Below, piece by piece: positions 41,201-52,660 of a DNA stretch of 64,000 bases. The position numbers and the translations under genes are program-made. The notes beneath the pieces were generated by a model. That model did no database searches and had not been told where the DNA came from. It worked only from the letters and a program-made list of their open reading frames with translations. The number at the start of each line of letters is the position of its first letter. The first letter of the stretch is position 1. The stretch is from Octopus sinensis. Its lineage: Eukaryota. The DNA lies in NCBI RefSeq assembly GCF_006345805.1, contig NC_042998.1:86180001-86244000 (forward strand), in the 5' to 3' direction.

Positions 41201-41300
41201 TATTGTTAATTGTTGTGTTTTGCTGTTTACATGTTTAACCTCACTATCCCTCATCTATGTATCATCCTCTATGCTTTGTGTTTGGACCTGGTGACCAATA
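38290..41300 (+). mobile_element. L1/Tx1-like LINE remnant (ORF1 with CCHC knuckle; ORF2 lacking the endonuclease)
   Basis: CYFCGDSRHIRIYCP, then LINLDQSKAFDRV, QGCPLSPLLY and SAYADNI. AATAAA near 41297. Confidence 0.75.
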
Positions 41301-41309
41301 AAGAAAGAA

Positions 41310-42630
41310 TCATTATTATTATCATTATTATTTTTATTATTTTACATATAAACAACAGATTAAACTGTTGGAAAAGAAAATTTCTAACAACAGGCTACAA
41401 CAAGTAACCTTGGATGCCAAGATCCTTCCTAAGTATCCCAGCTGTCCTTAATAACACTGTTTTTTGGAGCTGCATAGTTTTTTGCATAGTTCCTCATGGA
41501 AATACCATCAGGAAATAGATTACTATGGAAGAGCAGGAACAGTGTATCATTACAATAGCAAGTAAGCTTTACAGATCTGAGAAAAGAATAGATCACCAGA
41601 ACAGAAGAGATTTTATCAGCAAATGAATAGTGGAGAAGAAAGTACTGAAGATAAGAAGTCTAATACAGAAACTTGAAATTCTGTAGTAATGGTTGGGATA
41701 AGCCAGTAAATCATAATGGAGATGTTGCATGGTTACAGAAACTAAGGGAAGAAGTAGTTAGAGAGAAGCAGCCAGATCTAAAGCTAACTAGAGTATTAAC
41801 AAGTAGAGTATTGGGGAAAATATTGAATTCCAGGGCCTGGGACCAAATTTAGTTCAAGGGTACTGGTTAAGGAAACTTAGTAGCTTACATGGGACACTGA
41901 GGGAACAACTTCAGGATTGCCTGAATGGAGGAGTAATACCAGATTGAATGACCAGAAAAACAGTTCTCCTTATGAAAGACAAAAGCAAGGGCAATGTAGC
42001 TAGTAGTAACAGGCCAATCATTTGCTTATCGTTAGTATGGAAGCTATTAACAGAAATGCTCTCAGAAAACATTTATGAACACTTTAACAGCCTAAATTTG
42101 CTGCCAGAAGAACAGAAATGTTGCAGGAAGAAGGCTAGAGTAACTCATGATCTATTATATATAAACAAAGCAGTTCTACAAGAAGTGAAATCTAGAAAGA
42201 AAAATTTGACAATAGCATGGATATATTATAAGAAAGCCTTTGACATGATTCCACACTCGTGGATTGGGGAATGCTTGAATATATTTAGTATTGCAGACAA
42301 CATAAGAGAGTTAATTAGCTTTCGCATGAAGAAATGGAAAGTAGATCTCTACTCAGGTGACACAGCCTTAAGGAAACTTAATTTCAAGAGAGGAATTTTC
42401 CAAGGAGACTTGTTATCCCCTTTAATATTTGTGTTATGTTTAATCCCCTTCAGTTTAGTATTAAGGAAGTCAAAGGAAGGATTTCAATTTAGAGATGGTA
42501 AAGGAAAAATTAATCATTTGCACTACATGGATGATCTGAAGCATTTTAGTAAGAATAAAAAGAGATTCCTTAATACAAAGTGTATGACAATTCAGCAAAA
42601 AAATAGGCATGGAATTTGGTGTAGATAAGT
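41310..42630. mobile_element. Dong/R4 pieces in opposite orientations
   Basis: 41310-41490 is a minus-strand 3' end with ATT tail. 41500-42630 is plus-strand RT (ORF 41948..42628, QGDLLSPL, HYMDDLK). Confidence 0.7.
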
Positions 42631-43348
42631 GTGAAATATTAGTTGTGTGTGTGTGTGTACTAAGTCCAAATATGCAAATCACACCCCCACTAAATTCTCA
42701 GCCATGTAGTCACAAATGATAAGCATGACCAACCATTAAAGAACTTCACAATCCTTACAGTGCTTTTCATTCAAAAGCCATTCTGACCTTTACATTTATA
42801 CTTTGTATTTGATTTTTGTATTTTTTACCTACCACTTTGTATTCTTTACCTATCACTCCCCAAATATATATCAGCTATCCTTCTTCATTAAGAGATTTCT
42901 GAACTACTATAACCAGACATATCCTACCAACAGCGTCCTGCTGCACACAGTAGTAAAATGTACATATTATAACACTGTAGCTTATTATGTAACCTGATGA
43001 TGTTTCTTCTGTGCTATGGGGTGCATTCAGTTCTATCATATTATTCCCCACCCATTTAGGAGCAGTGCAGATGTGAGCCGAAACAATCATCATGTGAAAT
43101 AAAGCTTACAGTACACTCTGTCTTACCTATTAGTCATTTAAAATATACTTAATGTGCACCAAGGAATTCCTTACATAGATCCTGTGATGAAAGTGCAGTA
43201 CTGCAGATAATGCCTGTTAGCTATAAGTGCTGAATGGGCTCTCAAAGCTCACTACTAGAGACATACACAAAACAAGGTTTGGATACTACATTTCAAAGTT
43301 TCCTATCTCAACTTCAATTTAAATTATAACCTGTATATATTATATATG

Positions 43349-43349
<1 letters not shown>

Positions 43350-43418
<69 letters not shown>

Positions 43419-43548
43419 ACATATATATATATATATATATATCATCATCATCATCATCGTTTAGCGTCCGTTTTCCATGCTAGCATGGGTTGGACGGTTC
43501 AACTGGGGTCTGTGAAGCTGGAAGGCTTCATCAGGCCCAGTCATATAT

Positions 43549-43620
<72 letters not shown>

Positions 43621-43623
43621 GTA

Positions 43624-43714
<91 letters not shown>

Positions 43715-43877
43715 TGGGGGAATATTATTCCAAACTTACAGGGAAAAATTCAATTTAGAAATACTAAATTAAATTTCGCAAAATATAGTACATATATATA
43801 TATAAATTAGAAAAAACCCACCTTTTATCAATTCAATAATGAAAATTAAATTATACAATTTAGAAAAAAAAATGTAT

Positions 43878-43949
<72 letters not shown>

Positions 43950-44455
43950 TATATATAAATATATACATATTATATATATAAATATATATATATATATATT
44001 ATATATATATATATATATAATAATAAATATTAGGGAATAAATCCAAATTTACAGGGAAAAAAAATCAGATTTAGGATTAAATCCAATTTTATAGTAAAAT
44101 ATTATATAATATTAATTAGAGACCAAACCACTATATATATATATATATTATATATATATATAATATTAATTAGAGACAACCACTATTATGCAAATCAAAC
44201 AAAGAAAGACTTAATCCAATACATAAAAAAATTTATATAATTATATTTAATTTATATAAATTTTTTATGTATTGGATTAAATCTTTCTTTGTTTGATTTG
44301 CATAATAGTGGTTTTGTCTCTAATTAATATTATATTATATTTTACTATAAAATTGGATTCAATCCTAAATCTGATTTTTCCCTGTAAAATTGGATTTATT
44401 CCCTAATATTATTATTATATATATATATATAATATTATATATAAATATATATATA

Positions 44456-44505
<50 letters not shown>

Positions 44506-44982
44506 AATATTAGGGAATAAATCCAAATTTACAGTGGAAAAAAAATCAGATTTAGGATTAAATCCAATTTTATAGTAAAATATTATATAATATATATTAG
44601 AGACAAAACCACTATATTATATATATTATATATATATATATATAATATAATTAGAGACAAAACCACTATATGCAAATCAAACAAAGAAAGACTTAATCCA
44701 ATACATAAAAAAATTTATATAATATATTTATTTATATTAAATTTTTATGTATTGGATTAAATCTTTCTTGTTTGATTTGCATAATAGTGGTTTTGTCTCT
44801 AATTAATATTATATTATATTTTACTATAAAATGGATTCAATCCTTAAATCTGATTTTTCCCTGTAATTTGGATTATTCCCTAATATTATTATTATATAAT
44901 ATATATATATAATATATATAATATATATATATATATATAATAAATATATATATATATATATATATAAATATATATAATATAT

Positions 44983-45043
<61 letters not shown>

Positions 45044-45700
45044 AATATTAGGGAATAAATCCAAATTTACAGGGAAAAAAAATCAGATTTAGGATTAAAT
45101 CACCCCGTTTCGTGTCCGTTGCCAGCCTCGCCTGGCCCTCGTGCCGGTGGCACATAAAAAGCACCATCCATTCGTGGCCGTTTGCCAGCTCTGTCTGGCA
45201 CCAGTGCGGGTGGCACGTAAAAAGCACCCACTACACTCACGGAGTGGTCGGCGTTAGGAAGGGCATCCAGCCGTAGAAACACTGCCAGATTTGACTGGGC
45301 CTGATGAAGCCTTCTGGCTTCACAGACCCCAGTAGAACCGTCCAACCCATGCTAGCATGGAAAACGGACGCTAAACGATGATGATGATGATGATGATGAT
45401 GATATATATATATATATAATATATATACCAAATATATACATTTTATATTATTTTGCACATTGCTTAATCATTGTTATATGTTTTATCTTATATTAATCTT
45501 TCTATATGTAATTTTCTAAATTGTAGATTTAATTTTCGTTATCAATTGATAAAAGGTGGTTTTTCTCCAATTATACATATATATAGTATATATATTATAT
45601 ATATATATATATAATATATATATATATATTATATATCTAATATATATACAATTGATCAATCATATATATAATGATTGATCAAAAAAAAGCGGAGAGAAAA
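43350..45700. repeat. AT-rich complex of (TA)n, (ATAG)n, tandem palindromic units and inverted RTE tails
   Basis: Hairpin units of about 400 bp at about 44020-44420 and 44500-44890 plus a partial third. RTE tails at 43441-43542 (-) and 45103-45400 (+). Confidence 0.8.
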
Positions 45701-45891
45701 GACAACAAAAAAATCAGCAACATTGGACATAACACATGCAAAGCATTAATGAGATGCTCGCTCAGAGAAAGAAAGAATGGTTGTTTTACATTTTGAGCAT
45801 AGCTCTTCTTCAGAAATAAGTCTCCAAGAGAAAATGAAGGAGTAAAATATCACCAACAGTCTACATATAAATATATATGTGTATATATATG

Positions 45892-45923
<32 letters not shown>

Positions 45924-46205
45924 TATATATATATATAAATATATATATAAAATTAAGGAAGAGAGAAAACAAATTCTAAGGTCGATGTATATATTCATTC
46001 AATCCATATTAACGAAATTCTCCATGGTATACAAGTACATACATAGATATATTCATCTAGATGATGCATAAAAACATTTCTAAGAATTTATAAATACGTA
46101 CATATATACGAAAATTTATAAATATATAAAAATTCATAGACATACAAAAATTTATAAACACAAAAATTCATAAATATAGATATATAAAAGTATAAGTCCA
46201 TAAAT

Positions 46206-47020
46206 GGGATCTTTTCGGTTTGATCGGCAGTTTTTAACATAATTTCTAGGTAACTAAAAAATTTTAAACTTCATATACTGGTAGAATGTGTTTATAAAAC
46301 ATCATTTTCTCTTGGCTTTCTTGAGAAAATTCTATAGTTTGTAACATATTTCTTCTTTAATTTCTTGCATTTCGGCAATTTCAACCAATCAATGACCGTC
46401 TATTGAGGTGAAAGCATTCTGTGCCATATGAATATGTTCCTCGTTTAGGAAACAGATTGGGTTTATTTACATTTGTGAAGAAAAAAGATACCCTTCCCCC
46501 ACCCCTAACCGTAACCCTAACTAACCCTAAATCTAAAATAGATTGAAATGCAATAGATCGATATTAGGGTCATAATTATGGGTGACAATTTCATATGCCA
46601 TTTTCTCTAGCGGTGTCATATGAAATTGTCACCCATAATTATGACCCTAGAATCAATCTATTGCTTTTCAATCTACTTTAGATTTAGGGTTAGTTGGGGT
46701 TAGTTAGGGTTAGTTAGGGTTAGGGTCGGGGGAAGGGTATCTTTTTCTTCACAAATGTAAATAAACCCAATCTGTTTCTTAAACGAGGAACATATTCATA
46801 TGGCACAGAATGCTTTCACCTCAATAGACGGTCATTGATTGGTTGAAATTGCCAAAATGCAAGAAATTAAAGACAAAATATGTTACAAACTATAGAATTT
46901 TCTCAAGAAAGCCAAGAGAAATGATGCTTTATAAACACATTCTACCAGTATACGAAGTTTAAAATTTTTTAGTCACCTAGAAATTATGTTAAAAACTGCT
47001 GTTCAAACCAAAAAGATCCC
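46206..47020. mobile_element. Palindromic dimer of a GGG-terminal MITE with telomere-like repeats; 6-bp TSD ATAAAT
   Basis: Both ends read GGGATCTTTTYGGTTTGA. Arms of about 390 bp are inverted around 46598-46616. ATAAAT at 46200-05 and 47021-26. Confidence 0.9.
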
Positions 47021-47049
47021 ATAAATGTACTTGTGAAGTCTGAATGTTC

Positions 47050-48200
47050 GAATTTGAATCAATGAAGAGGATGATAAAGAGAATGTGAAATGATTCATAA
47101 GGAATCTGAAGCATGTATAGAATCTATGGATAAAGTCTTACGTCCGTTTCAAAAAGAAATAGGTTGCTATGGGTGAGCTAACTCCAAACATAGCAATACT
47201 ATATTTCTCTCATCAGATTTAATAGACTCACAAGGTTAAAACTTTAAAAGAAGGTGGGTTAAATGATTTATTAAAAATCAAATGTTTGATCAGACCATTC
47301 ACTTCAGGCATATGATGTTAAAAGGCTAAAATGTATTACAACACTATATATAATATCAAGTATATTACGATACTATATATGATATAAAGTTTTAGAGGAG
47401 TCCATAATATGAGGTAAGGCTAAATTAGAATCCTATAGTTTGATTATTTTTGAAAAATTTAAATGGTGATATATATTTGTGTCTACAGGTAATTATAACA
47501 TCAGATATCTTATTAGGTAAACTACTTTAATTGACTTGGATTATGTGGATCACCTCCTTCATGCATAAATCGCAATTCTTTGTGTGTGCATTATATGGTG
47601 TGGCTTCCCTTATTATAGACCAAGTCAGACCGAATTCTTTGTTGATCATTTTTGTAGTTGAGGTTTTTGTTTTGTAGTTAGTGAAAAAGCTTATATGCAC
47701 CGTATATCTACTTTTAAAGTCAATTATACTACCTATGTAAATCTTTTTAGGTTCATTTAGGGTTGAGACTTTGACTTTATATACGGTATTTTTCCTTAAA
47801 CAGAAGCCTTTAAGGGGACAAAATCCCCTATTATGACAATTACATGTTTTTATTTTGTTTCCGGGTTAAGTCTTGCTATCTTTAATATCCAAGCCCTTAT
47901 TATTGTTCTTCATGTTAGGATCAACTAGATTATCTCTAATGGTTTCATTATTTCTAAGTTTAAGTCTGTTATTGGCTGTGATGATAGATCCAAGACTGGG
48001 AGTGGTAGAATAGGATAACTTAAGACACGATCTATTAAATATAGAGCTATTAAATATAGAATGGTATTTATGACCAGGTGGGAAGTTCCTATCAATAATG
48101 CTAAAAAATAACTTAGGGAGGTTTCTTACCTGGAGGGAGAAGGTGGGGTGTAAACCGTACAATTTCCTGTTTCCTCCCAGAATAGTTCCTATTCTGCCCT
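47050..48200 (-). mobile_element. Penelope-like element 3' part (GIY-YIG endonuclease)
   Basis: FSLQVRNLPKLFFSIIDRNFPPGHKYHSIFNR (ORF 47866..48162), then CNCHNRG..PLKGFC...VYKVKV...IYIGS...CDLCMKE. Confidence 0.8.
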
Positions 48201-48239
48201 GTATTGTTATTGCTATACTTGAAAAACCTATAGTGTCTT

Positions 48240-48440
48240 ACGGCGGCACGTAAAAGCACCCACTACACTCACGGAGTGGTTTGCGTTAGGAAGGGCATCC
48301 AGCTGTAGAAACACTGCCACATCAGACTGGAGCCTGGTGCAGCCTCCTGGCTTCCCAGGCCTCAGTCGAACCGTCCAACCCATGCTAGCATGGAAAACAG
48401 ACGTTAAACGATGATGATGATGATATATATATTCTTCTAA

Positions 48441-48479
<39 letters not shown>

Positions 48480-49815
48480 TATGTGTGTATATACATATGT
48501 ATATATGAGGGAACCTGTGGTAGAGGTAGACCTAGGAAGACATGGGATGAGGTGGTGAAGCAAAATCTTCAAACTTTGAACCTCACAGAGGCAATGACTA
48601 GTGACCGGGACCTTTGGCAATGTGCTCAGTTCAAAAGGACCCATCAAGCTAAGTACACCCATGCTGGTGGCATGTAAAATAAAAATCAACCTTTGAACAT
48701 TGGGCCTCATGGCGGCAAAGTGGCTGAGTATCTTTCAAGTGTTAGGCCTGACAGTGACAAATTGTCTGAGTTCCTTTGGAGTATTAGGCCTCACAGAGGT
48801 GAAGTGGTTGAGTGACTTATGAGCAGACCTCATGAAGGCAAGGTAGCTGAGTTCCTTTTGAGCATTGGGCCTCATGGAGGCAAAGTGGTTCAGCTCCTTT
48901 CAAGCGTTGGGCCTCACAGAGGCAATGACCAAGACCTTTGGCCTCATGTTGTGTTTGAGAAGATGACCCATCAAGCCGAGCAAAATCTCAGTTGTGACAA
49001 ATACCAGTGTCCCGCAAAAGTCACCAATGCCGATGGCATGTAAAAGCACCTATGTCAGAGTGGTTGATGTTAGGAAGGGCATCCAGTAGTAGAAAACCAT
49101 ACCAAATCAGAATGGAGTCTGGCACAGGATCCCAGAATGCCAGCCCAGTCAAACCGTCCAACATAGGCCAGCATGGACAATGGACGTTAAATGATGATGA
49201 TGATGATGAGTTGTCATGCCAATTCCAAACTATATGATGATGATGATGATGATGGCGATGATTATCACGCGCACACACATATATGCATATGGATGAGGAC
49301 AGCGTCTTAAGCAGCCGATCTCTTATTGTGGAGGGAACCTGTGGAAGGGGTAGACTCAGGAAGACATGGAATAAAGTGGTGAGAAAGGATCTTCAGATGC
49401 TGGGCCTCACTGAGATGATGAAAGACCAGGACTTGTGGCAATTTGCTGTACTTGAGAAGACACATCAAGCTAGGTAAAATCGCAGCCATCCATAGACACA
49501 GGCATGTTGTTTATGGCCATGCCCCTACACACTCTTCCAGTTTGAGAGGTCTTTGTTTTGTGGGTGCCAGTGCCACGTAAAATTCACTTGTGCCAGTGTT
49601 GCATAAATGCACCTGTGCCAGTGGCATGCAAAAGGCACACAACACACACACTATAAATTAGTTGGCATTAGGAATTGACATCCAGCTGTAGAAACCATTC
49701 CAAAACAGACAACTGGAGCCTGGACAGCTCTCCAACTGGCCAGCTCACGTCAAACTGTCCAACCCATGCCAGCATGGAAAGTGGATATTAAATATTGATG
49801 ATGATGATGATGATG
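48240..49815 (+). mobile_element. Cluster of RTE 3' ends and tails
   Basis: Three GGAAGGGCATCC-type tails with (GAT)n at about 48415, 49200 and 49805, GRGRPRKTW fragments, and an array of about 42-nt units at 48700-48950. Confidence 0.8.
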
Positions 49816-49825
49816 GTATGTGCGT

Positions 49826-49910
<85 letters not shown>

Positions 49911-50104
49911 CTGTTTGGATCAAGTTATTTTCTAGCTACTTTGAGTTTTGCTTCACCTATTCATACACATGTACTTCAGACAGGTTACCCATAAACAAAA
50001 CTCTGAGTACCAAGAGACTGAATTAACAACAGTTAAAATATTAAGCTTTACTATGGTATTGAGTACTCTTTTTTTCCAACAGTCAAGACTAAACTGATAG
50101 ATAG

Positions 50105-50155
<51 letters not shown>

Positions 50156-50875
50156 AGGGGAGATTTATAATTGTACAACTACCTAATATATCTATATATG
50201 TGTGTATGCATGTGTATCTACATGTGAGCAGACCCAGATTTATATATGTATGTGTTGCCATTGTATGTAAAAATTCACACATTAAAATACAAGCTACACA
50301 TAACAACACATAGTACTGTGTATAAAAGAAAAAAGTCTGTGATATCATTCTTAAACAGAGCTTACCTTATTACAAGATCCATTTAAAATTTCATGATGTA
50401 AGAGGTAAAACTTCATAAGTTAAAATGGCAAATGCTTTTTAAACTTTAGAAATTTGTTCACCTTTGCTTATTATACACCCAGAGATTAGTGAACCAACAA
50501 TTTAATCATGAGATAACAACTGTTGACACTATCATGTATTTATTTTTGTAACACTGTCAATCTATTATATCTATAACAGTGAAGCTAATACAGAGAACAT
50601 AAAATTGTAGCTGACCTGATAAGAAAAACAACTATAATTTATTTTTACTTTGGATTTAGTTTGTAAGATTCTTGATGTGGCATTGTGTGTTGAAACATGT
50701 TATGCTGTATCTCAGGAGGGTCATGGTGCCAATAATAAGCACTCTTTGTATTTCACTTCTTTATTTATATTCATCAATTGGCTAACTGTTTCACCAGTTC
50801 ACTAATCAATATCAAAGACCACTTCTTCCTTCACAAAATTTCTGGCCTTTAGACAGAAGACAGTTCTTATGGTTC

Positions 50876-50877
<2 letters not shown>

Positions 50878-50907
<30 letters not shown>

Positions 50908-51102
50908 CATACATACATACATACATACGTACGTATGCACATACATGCATGCATACATACATACATACATACATGCATACATACATACATAATACATACA
51001 TACATACATACATACATACATACATACATACATACATACATGTATACATACATACATACATACATACATACATACATACATACATACATACATACATACA
51101 CA
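50878..51102 (+). repeat. (TACA)n microsatellite
   Basis: Directly visible. Confidence 0.95.
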
Positions 51103-51109
51103 CATAGCT

Positions 51110-52090
51110 GAGATGATAGTAACATTGATTATGAAAGCATTGATCATGGACCAATAGCCAGATTACTACCTCCCACTTTGAAGGGTATGCATTTGCAATC
51201 CAGGAACATGAAATATCAATGAAGTACCTGATGCACAAAAGGGATAGAATTGCAGGAAAAGCAATAAAATGTGAAAACTGATGCAGACTTTGTGTAGTTA
51301 ACTCCAAAGATATCACCGTTATCATAAGCAGTTTACCCAAAATGTCATCATGATATTATCTACCAATGAGACATGATATTGTTGCTAGGATACTCTATAC
51401 TGGAATCTGTTGGAAAGATAACCCAAGGACAAAGAAATAAGGACCTACAGTATGGTAGAAGCCATAGCCACTCATAATAAAAAGGGGTACTGGTGAAATG
51501 TCCCAGTGAAGACCTCAATAAAATGTAGGCACAACGGACCTGATATAATGATTTGGGATAGAGAAGAGAAACTGTGCACAGTTGTGGAAATTAGCTGCCC
51601 AGAAGATGTTAACATAAAGCTGAAGGTCAGTGTAAAAGAGAATACCTACATTAAACTATGGAGAAATCTGCAGTTACTCTATCCAGATTACAAGTTCAGG
51701 TCTATACCTGTAATTATTGGGGCCCCGATGTTAGGCTTCTCAAAACCAGAAAGGAGAAAGCTAATTCAAACACTACAGATCCAATCAATCACTAGAACTG
51801 TAAAAATCTGTAAAACTTTCCAGAAGTTTATCATTTAAATATATATGTCTAGATATCTAGATATGCAGCTATAAGGATGAGAATAGATGTCTAGATATGC
51901 AGCTATAAGGATGAGAATACATACATAAAGCAAGACATACGTACATACATACATACATACATACATACATACATACATACAAAAATATCCTGTTGTTGAT
52001 GTTGAAATTTCCATGAAAGAGCCTCAAATCTAGGTTAGAAACGGGCTCATTCTCTATTGGTGAGAAATCTTGAAATAAAACTGAAGAACA
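51110..52090 (+). mobile_element. Dong/R4-like LINE 3' end (second lineage) following (TACA)n
   Basis: YLPMRHDIVARILY, HNGPDIMIWDREEKLCTVVEISCP (ORF 51506..51838). The 3' UTR contains (TACA)n. Confidence 0.75.
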
Positions 52091-52341
52091 TCAAGGTCAA
52101 TAAACCCCAGAAGAACCATCATACTCCCAAGTCTGGCATGTGCTTCCTAAAGCTACCACACTTTGACGACAGAACTACTGCAGCGATACAACATACAGTC
52201 CTCAGGGAAGGACCCGACATACAGATAGTGATAGGTGATATAAAAAACTTAGTTCAATTAAAAAAATACAGTTCACTATTCACTCACCACTGCCACCTCC
52301 TCCATCACCATCATGATCTCTCTCTCCCTCTCTCTCTTTCA

Positions 52342-52388
<47 letters not shown>

Positions 52389-52660
52389 ATTTCACCATCA
52401 GAGCATCAACCCTATGCTAAAATTATATTAACTCTCTTCCTCTATATGACTACCGTCAACTAACATTTTGAACCATGTAATAAATATTACATTCCCCCCT
52501 ACCTTATGTCATGGGCGCTTCTCTCTCCCTTTTCTCTCTTCATCTTTTACTTTCTCTCTCTTTTTCTTTTTTCCTCTTTCTATCTCACTGGTTGCCTTAT
52601 CCTCTTTTTCTCTCTCATTTCTTTTTCTCCCTCTTGTACTCTCTTTCCATTCAACTAATC

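Noticed and set aside
46495-46730. Telomere or chromosome-fusion site (CCCTAA facing TTAGGG)
   Set aside because: The repeats are short, degenerate and internal to a MITE with TIRs and a TSD, and also occur in the monomer at 54031.
50812-51340. ORFs rich in MYVC/HTYI, and similar ones at 24264, 43350, 44873, 45877 and 49820
   Set aside because: They are translations of (TACA)n, (TA)n and (TG)n microsatellites.
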